The position numbers and the translations under genes were made by a program. Positions 54,762 to 64,000 of a stretch of DNA of 64,000 nucleotides are shown in pieces; position 1 is the stretch's first letter; the number at the start of each line of letters is the position of its first letter. Origin of the DNA: an uncultured Lachnospiraceae bacterium (lineage in GTDB: Bacteria; Bacillota; Clostridia; Lachnospirales; Lachnospiraceae); contig CAJTSB010000014.1 in the NCBI GenBank assembly GCA_910578825.1, forward strand, positions 5,783-69,782. Direction: 5' to 3'. Below the pieces are notes generated by a model. The model saw only the letters and a program-made list of their open reading frames with translations, searched no databases and was not told where the DNA came from.

Positions 54762-56003
54762 ATGGGCAAGAAACGTAACATTATTGTAGGACAGTCAGGA
54801 GGCCCCACTTCCGTAATCAATTCGAGTCTGGCGGGCGTATATAAGACCGCAAAAGAAAGAGGATTCGATAAAGTATATGGTATGCTGCACGGCGTACAGG
54901 GTTTATTGGACGAACAGTATGTGGATTTATCCACCCAGATTCATTCGGACATCGACATTGAGCTGTTAAAACGTACCCCTTCCGCTTTCCTTGGCTCCTG
55001 CCGTTACAAACTGCCGGAAATCCACGAGAATCCGGAAATCTACGAAAAGCTTTTCGAAATTATGGACAAGCTGGACATTGAGACTTTTATCTATATCGGC
55101 GGAAACGATTCCATGGATACCATCAAGAAATTATCCGACTATGCAATCGTCAAAGGACATTCCCAGAAATTCCTTGGCGTACCTAAGACCATAGACAATG
55201 ACCTGGCATTAACCGACCATACGCCTGGATTCGGAAGCGCTGCAAAATATATCGCCGCTTCCACCAAAGAGATTATCCGTGACGCCCTGGGTCTTACCTA
55301 TAACAAAGAAATGATCACGATTATCGAAGTTATGGGACGTAATGCCGGATGGCTGACAGGCGCTACCGCCCTCGCAAAGACCGAAGAATGCGATGGACCG
55401 GACGCTATCTATCTGCCGGAGGCCACCTTTGACATCGACAAATTCTTACAGACCGTCAAAGGATTATTAGAGAAAAAGAAATCGATTGTCATCGCTGTTT
55501 CCGAAGGCATTAAGCTTGCCGACGGAAGATATGTATGCGAGCTGTCAGGCGGCGGAGAGTATGTAGACGCTTTCGGTCACAAACAGCTGCAGGGAACTGC
55601 CGCATATCTTGCAAGTTTCCTGGGTGCAGAGATTGGCTGCAAAACCCGCAGCGTTGAGTTCTCTACACTTCAGAGAAGCGCGTCACACATGGCTTCCCGT
55701 GTAGACATCGACGAGGCATTCATGGTAGGCGGCGCTGCCGTTAAAGCGGCAGACGAAGGCGACACCGGTAAGATGGTTGTTATCGACCGTATTTCCGATG
55801 ATCCTTATCAGAGTGCAGCCGGCATCTACGATGTACATCGAATTGCCAATCATGAAAAAGTAGTTCCGCGCAACTGGATGAATAAAGAAGGCAATTATGT
55901 GACCGATGAATTCATCAACTATATTGAGCCATTGATCCAGGGAGACTATCAGCCATTCATGGTAAACGGACTTCCACAGCATCTGGTTCTCCGCAAAAAC
56001 TAA
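54762..56003 (+). CDS. Phosphofructokinase, PfkA family, with a PPi-dependent signature
   Basis: The start is at MGKKRNIIVGQSGGPTSVIN (54762). GGNDS (55098-55112) places Asp at the E. coli Gly104 position. PKTIDND places Lys at the Gly124 position. This Asp/Lys pair is the classical PPi-PFK discriminator. Confidence 0.8.
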   Translation: MGKKRNIIVGQSGGPTSVINSSLAGVYKTAKERGFDKVYGMLHGVQGLLDEQYVDLSTQIHSDIDIELLKRTPSAFLGSCRYKLPEIHENPEIYEKLFEIMDKLDIETFIYIGGNDSMDTIKKLSDYAIVKGHSQKFLGVPKTIDNDLALTDHTPGFGSAAKYIAASTKEIIRDALGLTYNKEMITIIEVMGRNAGWLTGATALAKTEECDGPDAIYLPEATFDIDKFLQTVKGLLEKKKSIVIAVSEGIKLADGRYVCELSGGGEYVDAFGHKQLQGTAAYLASFLGAEIGCKTRSVEFSTLQRSASHMASRVDIDEAFMVGGAAVKAADEGDTGKMVVIDRISDDPYQSAAGIYDVHRIANHEKVVPRNWMNKEGNYVTDEFINYIEPLIQGDYQPFMVNGLPQHLVLRKN

Positions 56004-56039
56004 TCTATCATTTGAACAGGAAAATCCTGTCTGCAAAAA

Positions 56040-56069
56040 GTACCAGACTCCTGCAAAGGAATCTGGTAC
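56040..56069. terminator. Bidirectional terminator between convergent pfk and dut
   Basis: The stem is GTACCAGACTCC / GGAATCTGGTAC (1 mismatch) with a 6-nt loop. It is flanked by AAAAA upstream and TTTTAT downstream. Confidence 0.8.
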
Positions 56070-56096
56070 TTTTATATGCTTGCAAATTACTTTTCC

Positions 56097-56537
56097 TTAT
56101 TTCACACCGGTCGTTCCAAAACCGCCCCGGTTCTTATTTTCCAACGTTTCTGTCTCTTCAAATACGATATGGGGCTGGTTCTCCATAATGCGGAACTGAC
56201 AAATGCGGTCGTTCCTGTGAATAACCGTGTCTCTGGTGGCATACACCGGCATATACCACATATCCTCATCGCCGCAGTAACTTCCATCTATAACGCCGCA
56301 GCTATTCACCTGCAGAATTCCATAGTTCTTAAACGTAGAGCTTCTCGGCACAACATGAGCCTCATACCCTGCCGGCAGCTGCATAGCCACACCCAGCGGA
56401 ATCAGTTTGAACTCTCCTGTCTTAAGCTCAACCGTCTCACTGGCGCGCAAGTCAATCCAATCCGACTTGCCATCAATGTAAGCAAGCTTGTCAATCTCCT
56501 GTGTAAAATATTTTATCCTGACTGTTTCCATTTCCAT
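56097..56537 (-). CDS. dut: dUTP diphosphatase
   Basis: 146 aa with motifs VPRSS, GVIDGSYCGD and RGGFGTTG. Confidence 0.88.
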   Translation of the reverse strand: MEMETVRIKYFTQEIDKLAYIDGKSDWIDLRASETVELKTGEFKLIPLGVAMQLPAGYEAHVVPRSSTFKNYGILQVNSCGVIDGSYCGDEDMWYMPVYATRDTVIHRNDRICQFRIMENQPHIVFEETETLENKNRGGFGTTGVK

Positions 56538-56550
56538 CTCCTGATTCGAA

Positions 56551-57306
56551 TTATTGTCCCAGCAGATTCATCACCACAGGCGTATAATGCAATCCCTGAT
56601 ATGCATAGTATGAGTCGTTCTGTTTGTCTTCTTCCTTCTCCTGCTCTGCCTTTACCTCTTCCTGCTCTGCCTGTTGCAGCTTGATATACATGTCAATGAA
56701 TTTCAGATAATCTTCATAGGAGAAAAGCTGTTCCAGGATGCTCTGATAATAAGTATCTTCCACTTCCTGTACCGATGCTGCCGCCATACTGCCGTCTGTA
56801 TTGATATTATAGGACGCATTCGGCACCTCCACGCCGCCGTTCATATACCCTGTGACCTTGACCACGTAATTCTGCGTCTCCTCAAATGGCGGAATGCCTC
56901 CATACTTTGCTACATTATTACTTCCGGCATTGTACGCAGCAAGCGCAAGGCTTACATTTCCATCGTACTTCTCCAGCATCTGACTGATATACTTCGTTCC
57001 GCCCATAATATTCTGGTAGGGGTCGTAAGAATCCGTAACACCAAGTTCCCGCGCTGTCGCAGGCATTAACTGCATAATTCCCTGCGCTCCCGCACCAGAG
57101 GTTGCATTGGGGTTAAAATCAGATTCCGCTTTCGCAATCGCCTTAATCAGGTTCTTCGGTACATTGTACTTCTCTGCCGCTTCCGCAAAAATCTCTTCCA
57201 GAGACGCCGTAGTCTGCAGATAAGAAGAGAAATCCTCTCCCTGCACCGCCGTTGTCGTTGTCTGAGTTCCGGTACTGTCCGTACCCTGTATCGCGTTTAC
57301 TCTCAT
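56551..57306 (-). CDS. Lytic transglycosylase (SLT domain) protein
   Basis: 251 aa with AIAKAESDFNPNATSGAGAQGIMQLMP and AYNAG. The C-terminal part is of unknown function. Confidence 0.85.
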   Translation of the reverse strand: MRVNAIQGTDSTGTQTTTTAVQGEDFSSYLQTTASLEEIFAEAAEKYNVPKNLIKAIAKAESDFNPNATSGAGAQGIMQLMPATARELGVTDSYDPYQNIMGGTKYISQMLEKYDGNVSLALAAYNAGSNNVAKYGGIPPFEETQNYVVKVTGYMNGGVEVPNASYNINTDGSMAAASVQEVEDTYYQSILEQLFSYEDYLKFIDMYIKLQQAEQEEVKAEQEKEEDKQNDSYYAYQGLHYTPVVMNLLGQ

Positions 57307-57323
57307 ATGAAATGACTCCCTTT

Positions 57324-58226
57324 CTATATTTTTATACCAGCTAACAAATCTGCAAGGCTTGTAGATGCATTTTCATTGGAAATATATTGTTCGGTCTGTT
57401 CTGTCTTCTCCACGTCTACCATTTCCTCTTCCAATGCTTTCATGCTGAGACTTACCTTGTTGTCATTCGTATTCAGTACCTTGACTTTTACTTTCTGACC
57501 TGTGCTCAAAACCTCGGAAGGCTTGCCTATCCTCCTCTGGGAAATCTGTGAAATATGCACTAATCCACTGATTCCATCGCCCAAATCCACAAAAGCGCCA
57601 TAAGGCATCAATGATTCCACTGTGCCCTCAAGCACCGTTCCAGGCACCATCCGCGCAACCTTGCGGTCATGCTCTTCCTGTCTCTTCTCCTTCAAAATAA
57701 CTTTTACTGAGAGCACCAGTTTCTTTTTCGATTCCTCTACGGTAATCACTCTTGCCTGCACTTCACGTCCCAGCCAGTCCTCGGTAGCCTCCACATAAGA
57801 CAAATCAAGCTGAGATGCCGGAATAAAACCACGAATTCCTTCCACATAAGCAACAACACCGCTGGGAACGATTCCCGCTATCTTCACGGAAAGCTCTGTC
57901 TTCTCCTCAAAATATGTATGTAACTTCTCCCAGGCAAGCACATCATTGGCCTCTTTCTTAGACAACTGAATGTTGCCTTGTCCATCATCAAGTTTGACGA
58001 CCGTGCCCTCGATGACATCCCCCGGATGTACATCTTCCATCACATGGAAATTCGGATCATTACTCAAATCTTCCACTTTGATGACGCCCTGCGTGTAATA
58101 TTTCAAATCCAATGTTACTTCTTCCTCTGTTACGCCGAGCACGACACCTGAAATAATATCGCCTTCCTTAATCTCACGGAAGGATGCTTCTAACTCTTCT
58201 TTATAATCTTCCATAGATTCTGCCAT
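57324..58226 (-). CDS. S1 RNA-binding domain protein (ribosomal protein S1-like)
   Basis: The start is at MAESMEDY (58226), preceded by AAAAGGAGC. There are repeated S1 OB-fold units (GDIISGVV…, GDVIEGTV…, GTVLEGTVESLMPYGAFVDLG…GLVHISQIS). Confidence 0.8.
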   Translation of the reverse strand: MAESMEDYKEELEASFREIKEGDIISGVVLGVTEEEVTLDLKYYTQGVIKVEDLSNDPNFHVMEDVHPGDVIEGTVVKLDDGQGNIQLSKKEANDVLAWEKLHTYFEEKTELSVKIAGIVPSGVVAYVEGIRGFIPASQLDLSYVEATEDWLGREVQARVITVEESKKKLVLSVKVILKEKRQEEHDRKVARMVPGTVLEGTVESLMPYGAFVDLGDGISGLVHISQISQRRIGKPSEVLSTGQKVKVKVLNTNDNKVSLSMKALEEEMVDVEKTEQTEQYISNENASTSLADLLAGIKI

Positions 58227-58291
58227 AATCAACGCTCCTTTTCTCATATCTACATAATTACTACTATTCTAACAGAAAAACAAGAAAATTA

Positions 58292-58678
58292 CTAGTTTTT
58301 TTTCTGATTTGCCTTATTTTGAAATTTTTCTTCCTCTACAATAAAGCGTTCATGGACAGCCTTTCCGATTTCACCCTTTTCATCTTTCGCTATAACAGTA
58401 AATGATAATTTTCTTCCATCTGCCTTTTCCAGTATAGATTCACAGTATACTTTCATACCCACAGGCGTAGGGGCAAGATGATCCAATTCCAAGCGGATTC
58501 CTACGGTCCCCATGCCTGACTCAAGTTCCCCTGCTACGCTCTTCCATGCCGTCTCCTCCATCAAAGCCGCCATCCGGGGTGTTGCAAGCACCTCCAAAGT
58601 ACCGCTCTTATGTGCTTTCGCCGTGTCCTCTTCGGTTACAATAATTTCCTGATATCCCTTTATTCCTGTCTGCAGCAT
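58292..58678 (-). CDS. Hotdog-fold thioesterase family protein
   Basis: 128 aa. EVLATPRMAALMEETAW…GTVGIRLELDHLAPTPVG matches the small FlK/YbgC-like hotdog pattern. The substrate is unknown. Confidence 0.6.
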   Translation of the reverse strand: MLQTGIKGYQEIIVTEEDTAKAHKSGTLEVLATPRMAALMEETAWKSVAGELESGMGTVGIRLELDHLAPTPVGMKVYCESILEKADGRKLSFTVIAKDEKGEIGKAVHERFIVEEEKFQNKANQKKN

Positions 58679-58737
58679 ATTTGTCCTCCTTTTTATCCAA
58701 TAACTCTTTCGTCTTTTCTCAACATTTTCGGATGTTC

Positions 58738-58774
58738 AAAACCCCCGGCAGACATCTTACAATGTCCGCCGGGG
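58738..58774 (-). terminator. Hairpin terminator after the GH43-like gene
   Basis: The stem is CCCCGGCAGACAT / ATGTCCGCCGGGG (1 mismatch) with a 6-nt loop. The minus-strand U-run is only 4 nt (TTTTG). Confidence 0.5.
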
Positions 58775-58799
58775 ATAAATTGCCGGCACAGTTTTGCGC

Positions 58800-61349
58800 C
58801 TATTTTACTTTCACGGTAATGGTTGCCTTCACTTTACTGTTGCTTGACGGTTTTACCGTAATCTTTGCTGTTCCTTTCTTCTTCGCCGTAATCTTTCCAT
58901 CTGCTGAGACAGATGCGATCTTCGGCTTATTTGACTTATATTTGAATTTGGAACATGTTGTGCCTTTCGGTACGCTCGCCTTAATCTGGGACGTCTTCTT
59001 CACCTTGAGACTTACGGATTTCTTCTTTACTGTCACCTTATTCGGAATACCTTTTACAGTCACCTTACAGGTTGCTTTCGCTCCGCCGGGAGCAAGCGCT
59101 GTGATTACCGCATTGCCCTGACCCTTTGCTGTCACAAGACCTGTCTTCGCATCTACCGCTGCCACCTTGCCATTGCTGCTGGTATAGGTTATTTTAGAAG
59201 TCTCTTTGTCAAGATCCGCTTCCGCGCTCAGTTTTGCCGTCGTCTTCAAACCATCGGCTGCCTTCGTGCAGATTGTCACGGATTCCTCCTCAAAACTTAC
59301 GGAAGAGGCATACATTACAGGCGTCTTAATCCGCTTGTTCGCCAACAGCTTATCCGCACGTTTTTCCAGCTGGTCTAACCGTTTGCTGGACGTAGCCTCC
59401 TTGCCCTGACTCAAAATCGTTTTCATCTGCGCTTTTACGCTATCCGTATAATCGTTACCTGCTATCGCCTTTTCCAGCTCCGTTTGTTTCGTATCAAATC
59501 TTCTGGAATCTACCTTAATATAATCAATTTCATGCCAGTTATTCACCGTATCATCTGCGTTATAGGTATCTATCAGCGTGTTGTACTCCTCCACGGTAAT
59601 CGGAATCATACCGCCGTGAGTACCAACATCTCCGCCAGTACGCCCAAATGTTCCCTCTGCCGCCTTCTTAATGCTGTTAGGCTCTGATAAATCCGTCGTC
59701 AGATAAGGCTCATAGCGAATACTCATATCACCATAGTTATCAATCATGACGCACCATTCATCGCGGTCAATAAATTTGAACAATGTCGCTCCTTCGTATG
59801 CGCCACTGTATCCCTCCATCTCTTTCTGGGAAATCTTCTCAAAATGGTCTCCAACAGACTCATTCTTAAACCAGTTCCAGACGATCTCCGCTCTCTTAAG
59901 ATCCCTGTTATCAGACAAATCACTAAAATCAGACATCCCGGCATACTCTTTTCCATCCAGGGTAAATGGTGTGATTCTCTTAGGATCTGTCGCATCATAA
60001 GCGTCCTGGTTCTCATCTCCCTCATACTTAGGATCAAGCACCGTGTCCGCACTCATCAGCTCAATATGGTTGTTTGTTTCATCCTTCACCAAACGAAACA
60101 GCGTGCCATAAGGATTCCCATCCTCATCTGCTACCCAAAGCTGGGAAGTGTCGATATTTCCATAACCATCGTGAACCTTATTCGGAACTTTGTTTTTCCA
60201 GTTCTGAAAAAATGGCTCCTGTTCACAGAGTTTTGTTGGACCAAAGGTAACAAAATCTTTCGTTTCATTGCAGTACAGGCGGTCTCTCGTCCTGCCGTCT
60301 ACATTCGTACGTGCCGACCAGTAGACGAGATAGTTGTCTTTCGCCGGGTTATAAATTGCCTCCGGCGCCCACGCCATACATGCGTCAACCTCTGTGCCCA
60401 CATCAACATAACGCCTTGTCCAGTGTACCCAGTCCTCGGTCTCCCAAATGAAAAGTTTTGTACTGCCATATGGGCTTGTCGTCATGGTTCCCCAGTTACC
60501 GACCACATTGTTCGTCCGGTTACCACCGTATTTTTCTGCCATCGTATTCAAATCCGTGGCAAGCAGCCATACTTTACTGGAATCTATGCTGTTCTTTCTG
60601 CACCCGCGAATGAGATAGGGGTCGCGGACGCCCTGGTCTTCTCCCTCAAAGGGAAATAGCGTGGAGGCGTCGCCCGTTTTTGTCTGTTCAATATCAGCAT
60701 CTTCCTTTACCTTATAATTATAACTGGTTGGTGAATATTTTTCAATCAGATCCGCGTAATCCATACCCACCTCAAAAAGCGGATTGCAGCCGTTTAATGC
60801 CGTCCAGTTCAAACCATCCTCACTGAGGAAAAAATGAATTTGCTGCACATCTCTGTAATCAAGATGGTTTCCTTTGCCGACGGGGTCTTTATCTGCAAAA
60901 CACACATACACATATCCGGCATAGGAATCATCAGACAGTCCCGCACGAATGGTCAACGGAAATTGTTTCTCAACCTTGCCGTTCTCTACGCCTTCAATCC
61001 CATCCGCTACCGTCACCGTGGCTTTCAGCGTAAATTTATAATCATTCTCGCCTGCAAGGGGTCTTGTAATCTTCAATTTGTTGCCTTCTACCTTCACATA
61101 TTTCTCGTCCTTCGGCTGCACACTATATGTAATCTGTGCTCCATCTACTCCGCTTATCTCGGCAGGAAGTTCCAAATCCTCGGTCAAAAGCTGATTGACG
61201 TTCGATTCCCGGATAACCAATTTGCTCCTGATGGTATCAGCGCTCACCGCTGCCCTGGACTCAAGGACAGTCGTCGGCACAGCGCCGACCACCAACCCCG
61301 TCGTCAGACAAACGGCAAGCAAAGTATTTATGATTCTACGTTTCATCAC
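58800..61349 (-). CDS. Secreted glycoside hydrolase family 43-like protein with C-terminal Big_2 Ig-like domains
   Basis: 849 aa with a signal peptide. The beta-propeller-like core has DPYLIRG, WAPEAIYNPAKDNYLVYWS and EGATLFKFIDRDEWCVMID. The C-terminal segments KLSAEADLD…VTAKGQGNAVITA… and VSADGKITAKKKGTAKITV are typical of Big_2. The GH family assignment is tentative. Confidence 0.6.
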   Translation of the reverse strand: MMKRRIINTLLAVCLTTGLVVGAVPTTVLESRAAVSADTIRSKLVIRESNVNQLLTEDLELPAEISGVDGAQITYSVQPKDEKYVKVEGNKLKITRPLAGENDYKFTLKATVTVADGIEGVENGKVEKQFPLTIRAGLSDDSYAGYVYVCFADKDPVGKGNHLDYRDVQQIHFFLSEDGLNWTALNGCNPLFEVGMDYADLIEKYSPTSYNYKVKEDADIEQTKTGDASTLFPFEGEDQGVRDPYLIRGCRKNSIDSSKVWLLATDLNTMAEKYGGNRTNNVVGNWGTMTTSPYGSTKLFIWETEDWVHWTRRYVDVGTEVDACMAWAPEAIYNPAKDNYLVYWSARTNVDGRTRDRLYCNETKDFVTFGPTKLCEQEPFFQNWKNKVPNKVHDGYGNIDTSQLWVADEDGNPYGTLFRLVKDETNNHIELMSADTVLDPKYEGDENQDAYDATDPKRITPFTLDGKEYAGMSDFSDLSDNRDLKRAEIVWNWFKNESVGDHFEKISQKEMEGYSGAYEGATLFKFIDRDEWCVMIDNYGDMSIRYEPYLTTDLSEPNSIKKAAEGTFGRTGGDVGTHGGMIPITVEEYNTLIDTYNADDTVNNWHEIDYIKVDSRRFDTKQTELEKAIAGNDYTDSVKAQMKTILSQGKEATSSKRLDQLEKRADKLLANKRIKTPVMYASSVSFEEESVTICTKAADGLKTTAKLSAEADLDKETSKITYTSSNGKVAAVDAKTGLVTAKGQGNAVITALAPGGAKATCKVTVKGIPNKVTVKKKSVSLKVKKTSQIKASVPKGTTCSKFKYKSNKPKIASVSADGKITAKKKGTAKITVKPSSNSKVKATITVKVK

Positions 61350-61371
61350 GATTTCCTCCTGTCATATCCGA

Positions 61372-63366
61372 TTATTTCTTGATTTTAATCGTCTTCGTCA
61401 TGGTAACTTTTCCAACTTTTGCAGTTACTTTCACTTTACCAGCCTTCTTTGCCGTCAGTTTTCCGCTGGAAGATATCTTTGCCAGTTTCTTACCCTTTTT
61501 ATCCAAAGACCATTTTGCCTTGCCGGAAATTCCGGTCACTTTTAATTTGATGGATTTTTTGGCTTTTACCGTGCTTGCTCCGGTAATGTCGCCGACTTTA
61601 ACGACCACCGTCCTGGTAATGCTCTTGCCACCCATTGCCACTTTGACATAAACTCTTCCGTTTCCTGCCGATTTGGCGGTAATCTTACCAGACTTATTGA
61701 CAGAAACGGCTCCTGTTGCACGATATGTAATCACTGCGTTCTTATCATTGACGCCGCCAGGAAGTACCAGATTCACGGTTGTCGTCTTGCCTTTTGCCAG
61801 AGAACCTGCATTGGCAGATGCTCTGACGCTGCCAAGATTTACATCAACCTTAACCAGCGTATAATATTCCTGCGCGTATCCGTCATATTTTGCCTCTATT
61901 CTGGTGACAACCATCGCATATCCTACATTCTTAGCCGTCACTTTGCCAGTGGCGTCCACGACCGCAACGTCCGTATCCTGAGACTCATAGCTGATTTTCA
62001 CCGTTCCTTTTACGGAAGCCGGCACATCTTTCACTTTTACAGATGAAATCTGTTTCGGCAGTAAATTCAATGACGCCGGCGCCGGATTGAAACCATCCGC
62101 CAACGCTCCAAAGGGATCTAAATACTCTGCGGAGAACTCTGCTTTTGCCAGCGCCTTATTGATATCGCTGATTGCCCGGTCAATTTCTGTTTGACTCTTT
62201 GCGGCTGCCGCACTGTCTGCCGCCTTCTGAAGATCTTTTTTGGATTCCTCGTTGCAATATCCTCCGTTCAGTGCATCGGTAACCCTTGCAACTGCCGCAT
62301 TCAGTCCGGAACGATCCGCAGGTTTCACTATCACGGTAAATGTTTTCTCTCCCACCAGGGTTCCCGATTCCGTCCTGGCTTTCAGAGTTACCGTCGTATC
62401 CCTCGCCGGATTGATGACCTTTCCCTCAGATGTAACAACCGCCTCATTTTGGGACGTCCAGGTAATCGGCAAATCTCCGTGAGTCTTCGGCAGATTCAGG
62501 TCATATTTAACAGCGCTCTCTGATTGATTTTTTCCGAGTATGCTTTCCACCTTCATGGCGTTTTCAAATTCTGTCTGAAATTTCTCCTGATACGGCGCCT
62601 GAACTTCAGCGTCTGTCAGAACGCCATCATAAATCTTAAAAGATGAAATCTTGCCATTGAAGTTTGTATCACCGCTCCAGACAGACTTTCCGATATAGCC
62701 AAGCACATTATTTTTACAACCTTTCGCAATAACGTCATCTACAATACTATAACCGCTCGCAAGACTGGTATTTCCTTCTGCATCCTGAATCGGCACGCCA
62801 TCAATATAGAGTTTGATGGTTCCCTCATCAAATACCAGATCCACGGTATAGAACTGCTCATCCTCCAACATCCGAGCTGTACTGAACAATTTCTCAACAC
62901 TGGCATTCTTAATTCCCGCTCTTACCGGTCCATTATCAAACCTGGGGCAATAAAACATATAATTTGCTCCCGTTCCCTGTGGATTCGATCCCAAACAGAA
63001 TAACCAGGAATGAACGCCTGTCGTTGCGCTTCTGGCATATCTCGTCTCAATCGTAAACTTCTCCTGATCCGTCAGATTATCCATGATACTCGTCGGAAAT
63101 TCCACATATGCATTGGCATTTTTAAGCTCCATCACACCGTTTTCCGCATCAAATGCAACATTGGTTTTACCCTGAATAGTCGCATCATTGTTATTGCCTG
63201 ACTTGTCTTTAATCTTGCCCTCTTCCTCCTTAGAGAAATCATAATCTACCGCCAGCTTATGTCCTTCCTGACCAGCTGCATCTGCCGTAGCAACGTTTCC
63301 GGTAAATACTGTAGTTGCTACCAGAGCACATGCAAGCAATCCGCTTACTATCTTTTTTACTCTCAT
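61372..63366 (-). CDS. Secreted LamG/concanavalin-like lectin domain protein with FIVAR-like and Big_2 domains
   Basis: The start is at MRVKKIV (63366), preceded by GGAAGGGAG. It has a signal peptide. The LamG-like segments are FTIETRYARS…HSWLFCLG…FNGKISSFKIYDG. The C-terminal Big_2-like repeats are VDATGKVTAKNVGYAMV and KISSSGKLTAKKAGKVKVTA. Confidence 0.6.
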   Translation of the reverse strand: MRVKKIVSGLLACALVATTVFTGNVATADAAGQEGHKLAVDYDFSKEEEGKIKDKSGNNNDATIQGKTNVAFDAENGVMELKNANAYVEFPTSIMDNLTDQEKFTIETRYARSATTGVHSWLFCLGSNPQGTGANYMFYCPRFDNGPVRAGIKNASVEKLFSTARMLEDEQFYTVDLVFDEGTIKLYIDGVPIQDAEGNTSLASGYSIVDDVIAKGCKNNVLGYIGKSVWSGDTNFNGKISSFKIYDGVLTDAEVQAPYQEKFQTEFENAMKVESILGKNQSESAVKYDLNLPKTHGDLPITWTSQNEAVVTSEGKVINPARDTTVTLKARTESGTLVGEKTFTVIVKPADRSGLNAAVARVTDALNGGYCNEESKKDLQKAADSAAAAKSQTEIDRAISDINKALAKAEFSAEYLDPFGALADGFNPAPASLNLLPKQISSVKVKDVPASVKGTVKISYESQDTDVAVVDATGKVTAKNVGYAMVVTRIEAKYDGYAQEYYTLVKVDVNLGSVRASANAGSLAKGKTTTVNLVLPGGVNDKNAVITYRATGAVSVNKSGKITAKSAGNGRVYVKVAMGGKSITRTVVVKVGDITGASTVKAKKSIKLKVTGISGKAKWSLDKKGKKLAKISSSGKLTAKKAGKVKVTAKVGKVTMTKTIKIKK

Positions 63367-63419
63367 GATAATTCTCCCTTCCATGTGGATATATTGTTTT
63401 CGTCCGGTTCCTCAGACAA

Positions 63420-64000
63420 TTACGTCTGTTTTCCCTTCTTAATCTTCATTGTCTTTTTGTATCCGGTACTGCTTTTCAGCAGTTTCTTAACCGCCTTATA
63501 GCGCTCGGCTTTCACTTTGATGGTTGCCTTCTTATGAATGCCCTTAATTGCATTCTTGCCAATACTGGTTACATTGCTGCCCATCGTAATCGTCTTAAGT
63601 TTCTTCTTGTTGGAGAAGGCCTTGCTACCGATGGCATTGACCTTAAAATTATAACCATTAATCGCTACCGTATCCGGTATCTTCACGGAACTCTTGTTGC
63701 CCTTCATTCCAGTCACCGTCACCGCACCGTTTGTTCCATCCGTATTCTCCTCGTCCACCTTCGTAATTTTATAGCTCAGGTTGCCAATGGTGAGGCTTGT
63801 GTTCTTCGCCGGGAGCGGTTTTGCCGCATCTACATCACCCCTTGCAATAGCTGCCGGGTTCGCAAGCACGGTAATCGGAATTTCCTTCGTATAGGTATTT
63901 CCATATTCATTGTATGTAACCTTAAGCGTCTGCTGTCCCGCTTTCGCCGTGTTAATAAGAGAGGCATCCAGTTTAAATGCAAACCTGTCTTTCAAAATTC
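63420..64000 (-). CDS. Surface protein with Ig-like and BspA-type LRR segments, N-terminus beyond the window
   Basis: The ORF is open to the window edge. IPDTVAINGYNFKVNAIGSKAFSNKKKLKTITMGSNVTSIGKNAIKG is LRR_5-like. No signal peptide is seen at the first in-window Met, so the true start is probably upstream of 64000. Confidence 0.5.
   Translation of the reverse strand, partial: ILKDRFAFKLDASLINTAKAGQQTLKVTYNEYGNTYTKEIPITVLANPAAIARGDVDAAKPLPAKNTSLTIGNLSYKITKVDEENTDGTNGAVTVTGMKGNKSSVKIPDTVAINGYNFKVNAIGSKAFSNKKKLKTITMGSNVTSIGKNAIKGIHKKATIKVKAERYKAVKKLLKSSTGYKKTMKIKKGKQT

Noticed and set aside
1-64000. I scanned for CRISPR arrays, tRNA/rRNA genes, riboswitch-like leaders (THF upstream of the fol genes, glutamine/T-box upstream of gltB) and tandem repeats.
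   Set aside because: The intergenic regions are short and show no repeat-spacer periodicity, cloverleaf-capable segments or conserved riboswitch cores that I could recognise by eye. Covariance-model searches (Infernal/Rfam, tRNAscan) would be needed to be certain.

Overview
The window is a gene-dense, almost entirely minus-strand chromosomal segment. Its gene content and GGAGG-type ribosome-binding sites look like Firmicutes/Clostridia (Lachnospiraceae-like); that taxonomic call is inference. I found no rRNA, tRNA, CRISPR array, transposase or integrase. Gene order is as follows. A ribose-type sugar ABC importer lies at 1-3475, followed by a VOC protein plus a small Cys-rich protein at 3565-4350. 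A tightly packed ~19.8 kb NRPS operon spans 4485-24283. A secreted CAP-domain protein and a MATE/LysR pair occupy 24524-27914. A BlaI/BlaR1-like sensor pair with a MacB/FtsX-type ABC transporter sits at 27955-34613, followed by glutamate synthase gltBD at 34732-40835. A co-directional array of HAD, CPBP protease, acidic protein, MoxR-AAA, DUF2201/VWA and LRR genes (41116-47496) runs straight on from a folate operon, folC-folE-folP-folBK (47459-51065). Housekeeping genes follow: a PucR regulator, an MsmK-like ATPase, a PPi-type PFK, dut, an SLT, an S1 protein and a hotdog thioesterase. Secreted Big_2-domain glycan-binding or glycan-degrading proteins occupy 58800-64000. The stand-out candidate is the NRPS operon. 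It encodes two reductase-terminated NRPSs (A-T-C-A-T-C-A-T-R and C-A-T-R) and an Sfp-type PPTase. It also encodes a complete partner-switching trio (STAS protein, RsbW-like GHKL kinase, multi-TM PP2C phosphatase), yet there is no sigma factor in the window. Instead, two further copies of the same GHKL domain are fused to transporters: one on the C-terminus of a MATE exporter, and a catalytically degenerate one on the N-terminus of a divergent DAACS-fold symporter. I read this as a possible partner-switching circuit whose output is transporter gating linked to a peptide-aldehyde-type natural product. All family calls rest on motifs read by eye; no searches were run.
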